NCBI GenBank assembly: GCA_038279365.1 | Contig: JAYODI010000070.1 | Location: 1-31,674, forward strand | Direction: 5' to 3' | DNA: 31,674 nucleotides | Origin: Candidatus Latescibacterota bacterium | Lineage (GTDB): Bacteria; Latescibacterota; UBA2968 | Shown here: one piece after another, positions 1-7,732 of the stretch | Layout: each line of letters opens with the position of its first letter | Position numbering within the stretch: the stretch's first letter is position 1 | The notes under the pieces: generated by a model | The model's database searches: none | What the model was told of the DNA's origin: nothing | The model's input: the letters and a program-made list of their open reading frames with translations, nothing else | Position numbers and translations under genes: made by a program

Positions 1-5
1 ACATA

Positions 6-45
6 GAAAAGGCGCTGATCGGGAGGGTTTGATCAACGCCTTTTC
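6..45. terminator. Inverted repeat/intrinsic terminator (3' end of candidate minus-strand sRNA 1)
   Basis: GAAAAGGCGCTGATC (6-20) pairs with GATCAACGCCTTTTC (31-45) around a 10-nt loop; A-run and T-run at the ends. Confidence 0.6.
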
Positions 46-69
46 GGGATGTTGCATGGTACTGTATTA

Positions 70-95
70 GACGCAACATCTTGGGTTTGGGTTCC
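70..95 (-). promoter_or_regulatory. Putative ECF-sigma promoter (GGAAC-N17-CGTC)
   Basis: Minus strand reads GGAAC ccaaacccaagatgttg CGTC TAA, matching the GGAAC/CGTY ECF promoter pattern; a second copy lies at 174-198. Confidence 0.45.
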
Positions 96-138
96 AAAAA
101 AAAGCGGTGTTGACTCAGCCGGGGTAGAGTCAACACCG
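96..138 (-). terminator. Intrinsic terminator (3' end of candidate minus-strand sRNA 2)
   Basis: Perfect 12-bp stem CGGTGTTGACTC (105-116)/GAGTCAACACCG (127-138), followed on the minus strand by a T8 run (96-103). Confidence 0.7.
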
Positions 139-173
139 ATGTGTTTGCGGTAGGATGTACCGCGTAGTTATTC

Positions 174-198
174 AACGCTTTTAGATGGTGAAAGTTCC
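174..198 (-). promoter_or_regulatory. Putative ECF-sigma promoter (GGAAC-N16-CGTT)
   Basis: Minus strand reads GGAAC tttcaccatctaaaag CGTT GAATA. Confidence 0.45.
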
Positions 199-336
199 AT
201 TTTGCGAGACAAAAAAAGAGTCATATTCATGATGTTGTAAAATATAATGTTAGAATTTTGAGTTGTTGTTTTAACCTGTAGAACCTGCCTGTTTTTAAAA
301 AAAATTCAGTATTTTTAAAATTTTTTTAGAATGTTG

Positions 337-365
337 AGCCATTTGGTTTTCCAAATGGCTTTTTT
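337..365 (+). terminator. Intrinsic terminator upstream of the EET locus
   Basis: Perfect 10-bp stem AGCCATTTGG-TTTT-CCAAATGGCT followed by a T-run. Confidence 0.6.
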
Positions 366-395
366 GTTTTCATCATGGGCATTTGGTGTGTGTTT

Positions 396-411
396 GAGAC
401 ATATATGTCAC
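396..411. promoter_or_regulatory. Putative upstream activator sequence (bEBP enhancer dyad)
   Basis: GAGACATATATGTCAC with palindromic core GACATATATGTC, about 90 bp upstream of a -24/-12 promoter; similar dyads precede the other two sigma54 promoters. Confidence 0.55.
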
Positions 412-496
412 ATGTATTACTTTTTTATATTTTGTGAAATTTTTGGTAAGATATTTATAAACAGCATGTTATTAAATGTTTCAATTGTTTGAATTG

Positions 497-513
497 TTGG
501 CATTGGTGTTGCA
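497..513 (+). promoter_or_regulatory. sigma54 (-24/-12) promoter P1
   Basis: TTGGCATTGGTGTTGCA: GG(499-500)-N10-GC(511-512), matching the YTGGCAC-N5-TTGCW consensus. Confidence 0.75.
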
Positions 514-581
514 TCTGAGTGAGGCAAGTGACATTCTTGTCATGTGTTCCAAGGTGGTGGGTGTTTCTGGGAGGTTCGCTG

Positions 582-1517
582 ATGGTGTATCGCGCTACAG
601 ATGTGATGATTGGAAAGAGTCAGCCCATTCGAGAAGTTTTTAATATGGTTGAACGTGTGGCTTCTTCGAATGCCAATATTTTGATTCAGGGTGAAAGTGG
701 TGTGGGGAAAGAGTTGGTTGCACAAGCGATTCACCGTCAAAGCCCACGCAACAATGCACCTTTTGTGGTGATTGATTGCACGGCTTTGCAAGAGACTTTG
801 CTTGAGAGTGAGCTTTTTGGGCACGAACGCGGTGCTTATACGAGTGCCACCCATTTGAAATATGGGTTGTTTGAGGTTGCCCATGAGGGTGTTGTTTTAC
901 TGGATGAGATTGGCGAGTTGTGCCCCACAATTCAGTCTAAGCTGTTGCGTGTTTTAGAAACGGGCACCTTTCGCCGTGTTGGTGGCACGCGTGATATACA
1001 GGTTGATGTGCGTGTTTTGGCAGCAACAAATCGCAATCTCGATCAATTGGTGACCGAAGGATCTTTTAGAGAAGATTTGTATTATCGTCTTAATGTTGTC
1101 TCCATTCAGGTGCCTCCTTTGCGTGCGCGCCCACAAGATATTCCATATTTGGTGTGTCACTTTATTTCTCGTACAAATCAACATAGGGTGCAAGGTGTGT
1201 CTGATGAAGCAATGGCATTGTTGATGCGTTATCAATGGCCAGGTAATGTGCGAGAGCTCCGCAATATTATAGAGCGTGCGGCGTTGCTGTCTCAAAATAA
1301 GTGTATTCTTCCCGAAGATTTACCCATTGTTTTGAGAAATGGAAATGGGCTACAATCGCATAACAATTGTGGGTTTTATACGTTGAGAGAGGCTGAATGC
1401 AATCATATTGCAAATGTTTTGGCACAAGTTCGTGGACATCGCGCACGCGCTGCAGAGATATTGGGTATTAGTGAACGACAGTTGTATCGAAAGATCAATC
1501 AACACAAATTGCTGTAA
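582..1517 (+). CDS. sigma54-dependent transcriptional activator (AAA+ bEBP with Fis-type HTH), no N-terminal regulatory domain
   Basis: Walker A GESGVGKE, ESELFGHERGAYTSA (GAFTGA-loop variant), Walker B LLDEIGE, FREDLYYRLNV, WPGNVREL and C-terminal HTH (AAEILGISERQLY). Start placed at ATG 582 after GGAGG; the ORF track starts at GTG 519. Confidence 0.93.
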   Translation: MVYRATDVMIGKSQPIREVFNMVERVASSNANILIQGESGVGKELVAQAIHRQSPRNNAPFVVIDCTALQETLLESELFGHERGAYTSATHLKYGLFEVAHEGVVLLDEIGELCPTIQSKLLRVLETGTFRRVGGTRDIQVDVRVLAATNRNLDQLVTEGSFREDLYYRLNVVSIQVPPLRARPQDIPYLVCHFISRTNQHRVQGVSDEAMALLMRYQWPGNVRELRNIIERAALLSQNKCILPEDLPIVLRNGNGLQSHNNCGFYTLREAECNHIANVLAQVRGHRARAAEILGISERQLYRKINQHKLL

Positions 1518-1520
1518 AAG

Positions 1521-1625
1521 GTGTCATGTGTGGCAGGTTGTGTGTGACGGAAATGACAGGTATATTTGATTATAGAAAACAATGGTTTAGGATAATTTGG
1601 GATGTGCGGGTGTCAATATTGTCAG
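1521..1625. promoter_or_regulatory. Cluster of putative enhancer dyads (TGNCA-N4-TGNCA-like)
   Basis: GTGTCATGTGTGGCAG (1521-1536), GTGACGGAAATGACAG (1544-1559) and GTGTCAATATTGTCAG (1610-1625) lie upstream of P2. Confidence 0.5.
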
Positions 1626-1704
1626 GTCGAATGGGTTTGTTTTAGAGCCGTGTATTTAAGTGATTGTTTTTATGATCTTTAAAAAAAGAATAATGGATGG
1701 TTTT

Positions 1705-1721
1705 TTGGCCTGACTTTTGCA
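1705..1721 (+). promoter_or_regulatory. sigma54 (-24/-12) promoter P2
   Basis: TTGGCCTGACTTTTGCA: GG(1707-1708)-N10-GC(1719-1720), about 50 bp before the next start codon. Confidence 0.7.
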
Positions 1722-1772
1722 ACACTATCGAACATAGTTTGTCTGTTTGATGCCATTTGCCCGGAGGTTGCT

Positions 1773-2141
1773 ATGCCAGATATTCTGGTTGTTGATCGGG
1801 ACTTGAAGTCTTTAGGGGCAATGATACCGCGTATCCATACGTGGGCATATACAGTTGATGTTGCTGAGACATTGCAACAGGCAATAGAAATGTTGGATTT
1901 GCATGCATGTGGTATTGTCATATTAGCTGTGTATGTAGATGACTTTGACGCATCAGATGCAATTGCCACCATTTATCAGGCAAACCCCAAAGCGCGTATT
2001 GTGGCTGTGGGTGATCGGTCGTCGTTAGAATTGGAACGCGCAGTTCGCTTGTCAAAGATCTTTTATTACATGATTCGACCCATAGATTTTGATGAGCTCA
2101 AAGCTGTGGTAAGCCGAGCACTTGAAAAATCCATTAATTAA
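1773..2141 (+). CDS. Stand-alone atypical (pseudo-)receiver domain protein
   Basis: REC-fold pattern (ILVVD..., IVIL, IVAV, YYMIRPIDFDELKAVV). The phospho-acceptor Asp position is Ala (IVILA), the beta4 Thr/Ser is Gly and KP is RP. RBS GGAGG upstream. Confidence 0.8.
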   Translation: MPDILVVDRDLKSLGAMIPRIHTWAYTVDVAETLQQAIEMLDLHACGIVILAVYVDDFDASDAIATIYQANPKARIVAVGDRSSLELERAVRLSKIFYYMIRPIDFDELKAVVSRALEKSIN

Positions 2142-2235
2142 AAACTTGAATAATTGCAATGCTGATTTTATTCTTCACTGAGGCGATGTTGGGGTTTTGT
2201 TCTAAGGCGTTGGGTCTGGTTAGGAGGTTGGTTTT

Positions 2236-3369
2236 ATGAAACGAATGTGTTGGGTTTTTGGGATGGTTTATCTGTTGGGCGTTGTTTGGCCAAGTGGTGT
2301 TCAGGCACAATCGGTGTTGCTCGATGGCAATTTGTCTGCAGGTTATCAAGGTTTGGATGGCTTGGTAGATGTCAAAGCAGGTCAAAGGGTTGCCATAGAG
2401 GTATATGGCAAAGACGTTGCAGGAGTCAGTGGGTTTTCTGCTTTGGTGACCTATTCGGCTACGCAATTGCGTTTTGATGGGTTTTCGGCAGGTTCTCTCA
2501 TTCCTGGTTTCACGGGTTTAAACATTGTTCCATCTGCTGGCCAAATTGAAATTGGCGGTGCTTCCGTGAATGGTACTGCAAGTGTGTCTCAAGGCCGTTT
2601 GGGTGTGATCTATTTTCAAGTGTTAGAAGGTTTTTCGGGTAATGTGGCCGTATCACTCAGCCAAGGTCGCATTGTGAAGGGAGCTGCTTCCGAATCGATT
2701 GATACCCAAGCGCAGGTGGTGGTGGGGTTGGCTGTTTCTGGACCCGTGATGATTGATGGTGATGCCACACCTGGTTTGCAAGCCGCCCGTCGTGTTGTGG
2801 ATGTGAACGTCGGCGATGTCATTTCTGTTGAAGTTTATGGCCGAGGCATTTCAGGGGCATCGGGCTTTTCTGCTATTTTGAGTTATGACAAAGCGCAGTT
2901 GTCTTTTGAAGGGTTTGATGCTACAGAGATTATTCCTGGTTTTACGGGGTTGCGTCTTGATGCGGGTGGTACGGTTGAAATTGGTGGGGCGTCCGTAACG
3001 GGCACTGCCGGTTCGGCTGAAGGTCGTTTGGGTGTGTTGCGCTTTAAGGTGCTTCGGGGCTTTACAGGTACCACGTCTATTGAGTTGGTTGGTGGTCGCT
3101 TGACTTTGGGAGCAGACATCACCAACTATACCAGTGATTTGATTTTGTCTGTTTCGGGCATTGCTGGCGGTGGGCCGCTTGTCAAAACGCCCGATTTTAA
3201 CGGCAATGGTGTTGTTGATTTTCCCGACTTTTTGATGTTTGCTGGCGCTTTTGGCAAAAAGGTAGGGGATGTTGGCTTTCTGGAAGCACTCGATTTGAAT
3301 GACAGCGGTGCCATTGATTTTCCTGATTTTTTAAGTTTTGCCCAACAGTTTGGCAAATCTGTTGGTTAA
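2236..3369 (+). CDS. Secreted protein with two tandem cohesin-like beta-sandwich repeats and a C-terminal dockerin-like double EF-hand
   Basis: Signal peptide (...VQA|QS). Two about 145-aa repeats (VEVYG..G.SGFSA..SY...QL.F.GF.A...IPGFTGL....G..EIGGASV.GTA....GRLGV..F.VL.GF.G). C-terminal DFNGNGVVDFPDFLMFAGAFG / DLNDSGAIDFPDFLSFAQQFG. RBS AGGAGG. Confidence 0.75.
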   Translation: MKRMCWVFGMVYLLGVVWPSGVQAQSVLLDGNLSAGYQGLDGLVDVKAGQRVAIEVYGKDVAGVSGFSALVTYSATQLRFDGFSAGSLIPGFTGLNIVPSAGQIEIGGASVNGTASVSQGRLGVIYFQVLEGFSGNVAVSLSQGRIVKGAASESIDTQAQVVVGLAVSGPVMIDGDATPGLQAARRVVDVNVGDVISVEVYGRGISGASGFSAILSYDKAQLSFEGFDATEIIPGFTGLRLDAGGTVEIGGASVTGTAGSAEGRLGVLRFKVLRGFTGTTSIELVGGRLTLGADITNYTSDLILSVSGIAGGGPLVKTPDFNGNGVVDFPDFLMFAGAFGKKVGDVGFLEALDLNDSGAIDFPDFLSFAQQFGKSVG

Positions 3370-3475
3370 TCGTTTCCTTTTTTTAACGTCCCTACAAAGT
3401 TTGCAACAGCTGTTTTGTTGGGAACGCGAGATATAAGTTGGATCAAGTTGTCACATTTTACGAAGGGGGAATACC

Positions 3476-6184
3476 ATGAGATGGGGCAGGTGGTTTTTAA
3501 GCACGCTTCTGGTCTGTCTAACGCTTAGCCCAATGTGGGCGAGTGATACGCCAGATGAAGAAGTTATTATTATTCGAACGCCTTTAACCCGTATTCAGGT
3601 GGTGGCCGTGGCGCCACGTTTGATTAATGAGGGTTTGGTTGATACGACAATTGTTAAAGGTTCAACCAGTGGTTTACCCATTGTGGGTATTGGTGAACAA
3701 ACGTATGTTGCTGCCGCTGTTGGTGGGCTTAAGGATGTAACAGCATTTACATGGTCGATTACAAGCCAACCCACGGGATCGACGGCAACCTTAGTAGACG
3801 CACCCAAAGTGGGCAAAACATTTACACCCCAAGTAGCGGGTGATTATGTGATTTCATTGAAGATGACCCATGCGGGTGGCGATACCACATTGACCAAAAC
3901 GATTACTGCCGCAACCTATGTGGGTGCAGATCGTTGCGGGCAGTGCCACCCTCAAGCCAAAGCCGATTGGGAAAAAACCAAACACGCGCAAGCTTTGACC
4001 AAAAAGATCAGCGGTTTTCAAACGGGTCATTTCCAAGCGCGTTGTATCAGTTGTCACTCTGTAAGTAGCAACACATCGGCGGTGAATGTGCCCACTGCTG
4101 ATAATGGCAGCTTTTGGGATGTGGCCGCTGATTTGGGTTGGACATTTCCATCAGACTTAACCCAAGGCACGTGGCAAGAAGTGGGTAGTGGCGAAACACC
4201 ATCGGCTAATGCGATTGTTGACGGTGCTTGGAATATTGATCTCAAAAATTCAACATGGGATCAAATGCCAGCCGGGCTTAAAGCCATGGGCAATATCCAA
4301 TGCGAAAGCTGCCACGGTCCTGGTAGTGCTCATGCTGCAGGTGCGTTTGCACAAGCCAATAAGAAAATTGGTGACAGTTTGGAAAATGGTGTGTGTGCAA
4401 AGTGCCATGATGACGGTCACTATCATGTGCGCCCACACGAATGGGATCAATCTGGACATGGAAAAATATGGTCGCGTGACAGTGCCACCTGTGCACCTTG
4501 CCACTTAGGTAGTGGTTATGTACAGTCTGTGGTGAAAGGTCAAGAACTCACACCAGGTAGTTTTGAATTGGGTGTGACACAAACGTGTGCCACATGCCAC
4601 GATCCACACAGTGCAAAAAATGATCATCAAATTCGCGTGGCTGGTGTGGTTACATTAAACGCTTTGGTTCCTGATCCTGCGGGTAATCATACCAATACCA
4701 TCACGTCTTTTACAACACCCGATTTGGGTACAGGTGCCATGTGCGCCCAATGTCACCATTTGCGTCCTACACGTGATGTTCCTGGTGCACGTATTCACCA
4801 TTCGCATCAAGCTGAAATGGTGAATGGTATTGGGGGTTATCACTACCAAGGTGAAATTTATGGTTCGGGCAGTCACAAGTACATGAAAGACGCGTGTGCA
4901 AATTGTCATATGGCAGCCGCACCTGCGGGAACAGATGCCGTGTTGGGTAGCCATTCTTGGAAGATGCATGATGACAATGGTACGCCAGACAACATGGCTG
5001 ATGATCATTACAATACAACCGCGTGTTCAACATGTCATGGGCCACTGCAAAACTTCGATGTGAACGGTGCAACCACCGAAATCGAAGAAATGTTGACGGT
5101 ATTGGGTGGTTTGTTGCCCAGCAGTGGTGCAACAGAAGCTCAAACCAACGCCAAATGGAACCATGATTTTGTTGAAGCCGATGGCACAAATGGTATTCAC
5201 AACTTTGTGTATGCCCGCAAACTGTTGGCCGATGCACTTAAATCTGCCAGCCCCACCACCACACCTGCCCCATTGGCCGGTGACTTTAGTGGTGATGGCA
5301 AAGTAGACTTTACCGATATGTTTATGTTTACCTCGCAATTTGGTAAGAGTGCTTCTTCTACGGGTTGGGATGCGCGTTACGATTTGAGTGGCAACGGCGT
5401 GGTTGGCTTTACCGACTGGTTGATGTTCCTCGACAGCTTTGGCAAAACGTCTGCTTCGGGCAAACCGGTTTTGGTAAACAATGGCCGCAATATGGGTGGC
5501 GACTTTATGTTGGTGGGCTCCAATCGCACAGCCATCGACCAAGATCATATTGGTGTGACCTTGCGTGCGATCAATATGACCGAAATGCGCGGTTATGGTG
5601 TCTATGTCAAATATGACCCACAAGTGCTTGAGTTTGTGCGTGCGGTGCGTTCTGAAGAGGGTATGTTAACATCAGAAAACACTGGTGCATTGGCCGCCCA
5701 AGAAGTAGAAGAAGGTCGTTTGTTGATTGCCGATGCCACGGTTGGTAATGTGGCTGTTAAAGGGTCAGGTGCTTTGGTTGATTTGATTTTCCGTCGCATT
5801 GGCGCAGTTGCCCAATCTTCGGTACAAATTGATTTGGCCCAAATGGCCGACTTGAGCTTTGGCATCAATGTTCCTGGCGCACCGGTTCAGGAAGTTGTTT
5901 CTGCGCGTGAATATGCACTCACGCAAAACTTCCCGAATCCATTTAACCCAGCCACAAGCATTCGTTATAGCCTCGCTGCACCGGGTGATGTGAAGCTTGT
6001 GATTTACAATGCGCTCGGGCAAGAAGTGCGCACATTGGTTGACAACTATAAGTTGTCTGGCGAATATGCCGCGCAGTGGGATGCTCGGGATGAAGCTGGG
6101 CGCGCAGTGGCCAGTGGTGTGTATGTGTATCGCTTAGAGGTCAATGGCTTTATACAAACCCATCGTATGGTGTTGACGCGTTAA
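3476..6184 (+). CDS. Secreted nonaheme cytochrome c with N-terminal Ig-like domain, dockerin-like and cohesin-like modules and FlgD-Ig/T9SS-type C-terminal domain
   Basis: Signal peptide; 9 CXXCH (CGQCH, CISCH, CESCH, CAKCH, CAPCH, CATCH, CAQCH, CANCH, CSTCH); NrfA/c552-family-like tail DGTNGIHN; dockerin-like GDFSGDGKVDFTD / DLSGNGVVGFTD from about nt 5279; cohesin-like GYGVYVKYDPQVLEFV...GSGALVDLIF; C-terminal QNFPNPFNP...IYNALGQEVRTL...WDARDEAG..VASGVYVYRL (5912-6184). Confidence 0.88.
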   Translation: MRWGRWFLSTLLVCLTLSPMWASDTPDEEVIIIRTPLTRIQVVAVAPRLINEGLVDTTIVKGSTSGLPIVGIGEQTYVAAAVGGLKDVTAFTWSITSQPTGSTATLVDAPKVGKTFTPQVAGDYVISLKMTHAGGDTTLTKTITAATYVGADRCGQCHPQAKADWEKTKHAQALTKKISGFQTGHFQARCISCHSVSSNTSAVNVPTADNGSFWDVAADLGWTFPSDLTQGTWQEVGSGETPSANAIVDGAWNIDLKNSTWDQMPAGLKAMGNIQCESCHGPGSAHAAGAFAQANKKIGDSLENGVCAKCHDDGHYHVRPHEWDQSGHGKIWSRDSATCAPCHLGSGYVQSVVKGQELTPGSFELGVTQTCATCHDPHSAKNDHQIRVAGVVTLNALVPDPAGNHTNTITSFTTPDLGTGAMCAQCHHLRPTRDVPGARIHHSHQAEMVNGIGGYHYQGEIYGSGSHKYMKDACANCHMAAAPAGTDAVLGSHSWKMHDDNGTPDNMADDHYNTTACSTCHGPLQNFDVNGATTEIEEMLTVLGGLLPSSGATEAQTNAKWNHDFVEADGTNGIHNFVYARKLLADALKSASPTTTPAPLAGDFSGDGKVDFTDMFMFTSQFGKSASSTGWDARYDLSGNGVVGFTDWLMFLDSFGKTSASGKPVLVNNGRNMGGDFMLVGSNRTAIDQDHIGVTLRAINMTEMRGYGVYVKYDPQVLEFVRAVRSEEGMLTSENTGALAAQEVEEGRLLIADATVGNVAVKGSGALVDLIFRRIGAVAQSSVQIDLAQMADLSFGINVPGAPVQEVVSAREYALTQNFPNPFNPATSIRYSLAAPGDVKLVIYNALGQEVRTLVDNYKLSGEYAAQWDARDEAGRAVASGVYVYRLEVNGFIQTHRMVLTR

Positions 6185-6187
6185 TTT

Positions 6188-6225
6188 AAAAAGCAGGGCA
6201 GGCCAAGGTGCTTGCCCTGCTTTTT
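6188..6225 (+). terminator. Intrinsic terminator
   Basis: AAAAAGCAGGGCAGG ... CTTGCCCTGCTTTTT directly after the cytochrome stop codon. Confidence 0.8.
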
Positions 6226-6302
6226 ATTTGGATCGTGATTTCAAAAACGCCGTATGTGTCTATTGTCTCTGTGATGACAGATGCAACGGCGTTTCACTGT
6301 GA

Positions 6303-6318
6303 GAGACATTTGGGTCAC
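6303..6318. promoter_or_regulatory. Putative enhancer dyad
   Basis: GAGACATTTGGGTCAC aligns with GAGACATATATGTCAC at 396-411; about 110 bp upstream of P3 with an AT-rich spacer. Confidence 0.55.
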
Positions 6319-6423
6319 ACATGAGACGCAACATGGTGCATGAATAGATTTGATTTTTGTATTATAATTCTTTTTTTTGTTGTAAATATAGCGTTTTACA
6401 TTAATTACACATTTGAGAAGATC

Positions 6424-6440
6424 ATGGCACACAGATTGCG
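6424..6440 (+). promoter_or_regulatory. sigma54 (-24/-12) promoter P3
   Basis: ATGGCACACAGATTGCG: TGGCAC-N5-TTGC, a near-perfect consensus, 35 bp before ATG 6475. Confidence 0.82.
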
Positions 6441-6474
6441 ATGTTGCATGGCAAACAACACAGGTGAGGGCGTT

Positions 6475-7725
6475 ATGCAACGGTTTTGTATCGGTTTATT
6501 GTTCGTTTTGATGCTTGGCATGTCTGCTGAGAGTGCCACATTAAGTGGGCGCTTGACGTCATCGGCCTACTCTTGGCAAGCCCGTGAAGCTGGGGGCAGT
6601 GATGTCCGGCATTTGCGTTTGTATCAGGTTGCAATGCTGAATATGAGCCAAATGGGTGGTCAAGCCTTGTCATTGCACACACATTTGCAATTTTCGGGTG
6701 ACTTGCTCGATGAACGGAATGGGCGTGAACACTATCGCATTTACAGTGCTTATGCCAAGTGGGCACAAAATGGGTGGGATGTGCGCTTTGGCCGTCAACG
6801 TATTTATGGCGGGGTAGGTTTTGGCACCATTGATGGTGGTCGTGCAGCGGTGCAAGCAACCGATTGGTTACAACTCATTGGTTATGCGGGTATGCTTACA
6901 CCCGTGATCCCCGACGATGGCATTGGTACGTGGGATGAAGGGCATTTGTGGGGTGGGCAGGTGATGGTGGATGTGCGTGAGACTTATTTGACCATGAGTT
7001 ATGCTGAGCGCAGTCGTGAACCGCTGGCTTATTTGGGTGCGGGGCGATATTCTCAAGTGTCCATCAATCAAGAGGGTACACAATTTCGCCGATTGGGTTT
7101 TGATGCCCGACACGATTGGGAAAATGCATCGTTGTATGGGCGTGTTGATTTGGATGCCGATGCTTGGTCTGTGCAAGAATTTGAAGTGACAGGTGAGGCG
7201 CAAGTTTCGGATGCCATCGGTTTGGCTGCCGAATTTGAACATCGCAAACCCACTTTGTATCTCAATTCGATCTTGAGCGTGTTTGAAGTTCAAGACAACC
7301 AAGAAGTGGAAATGCGTGCAACCTATAAAGTAAATGATCAAGCCAAAGTATTGTTACGTGGCACACGTTCGTTTTTTGATGGTGATTCGGCATGGCATTT
7401 GGGGGCAGGACTGATTTGGGGGCAGGCTTATTTGGGGTATGCAAGGCGCGTGGGATATGGCGGTGACAACAATTCGTTTACCGCGTCTATCCAACACCCT
7501 GTTAATGAACAGTGGACGGTTCATGCCGATGGCAGTATGGCGAGTTACCGGTTATACGATACACAAGTGTCACGAAATCGGGCATGGACGGGCAGTGCTG
7601 GGGCGCGTTATCAGATGAAAAAAACGTTGAGTTTGGATGTGGAAGCACAAGTTTTAAACAATGCATTTTACAATCGTGATGCACGCATTTTTGTGCGGGG
7701 TTCTTTCTGGTTTTTCAAACGGTGA
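6475..7725 (+). CDS. Outer-membrane beta-barrel, putative porin of a porin-cytochrome conduit
   Basis: Signal peptide (MQRFCIGLLFVLMLGMSAESA); alternating amphipathic beta-strands; aromatic C-terminal strand (IFVRGSFWFFKR); no heme motifs; immediately precedes multiheme genes. Start moved from 6340 to 6475 (RBS GAGGG, downstream of P3). Confidence 0.78.
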   Translation: MQRFCIGLLFVLMLGMSAESATLSGRLTSSAYSWQAREAGGSDVRHLRLYQVAMLNMSQMGGQALSLHTHLQFSGDLLDERNGREHYRIYSAYAKWAQNGWDVRFGRQRIYGGVGFGTIDGGRAAVQATDWLQLIGYAGMLTPVIPDDGIGTWDEGHLWGGQVMVDVRETYLTMSYAERSREPLAYLGAGRYSQVSINQEGTQFRRLGFDARHDWENASLYGRVDLDADAWSVQEFEVTGEAQVSDAIGLAAEFEHRKPTLYLNSILSVFEVQDNQEVEMRATYKVNDQAKVLLRGTRSFFDGDSAWHLGAGLIWGQAYLGYARRVGYGGDNNSFTASIQHPVNEQWTVHADGSMASYRLYDTQVSRNRAWTGSAGARYQMKKTLSLDVEAQVLNNAFYNRDARIFVRGSFWFFKR

Positions 7726-7732
7726 TGATGGC

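Noticed and set aside
200-365. Riboswitch ahead of the activator gene
   Set aside because: Only an AT-rich tract and a terminator hairpin are visible; no recognisable aptamer, and the sigma54 promoter lies downstream of the hairpin. An Rfam search would settle it.
3385-3426. Imperfect hairpin between the adaptor and nonaheme genes as a terminator
   Set aside because: The stem is imperfect and has no T-tail; at most an mRNA-stabilising structure.
3476-6184. Annotation as ammonia-forming nitrite reductase NrfA or as hydroxylamine oxidoreductase
   Set aside because: No CXXCK active-site motif, nine hemes and extracellular sorting modules; only family-level resemblance is supportable.
6340-6474. 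N-terminal extension of the porin ORF (and similar extensions at 519, 7661, 8781, 9974, 15166, 23391, 26367, 29188 and 29251)
   Set aside because: The extensions overlap promoters or neighbouring genes; downstream starts give a proper RBS and/or signal peptide.
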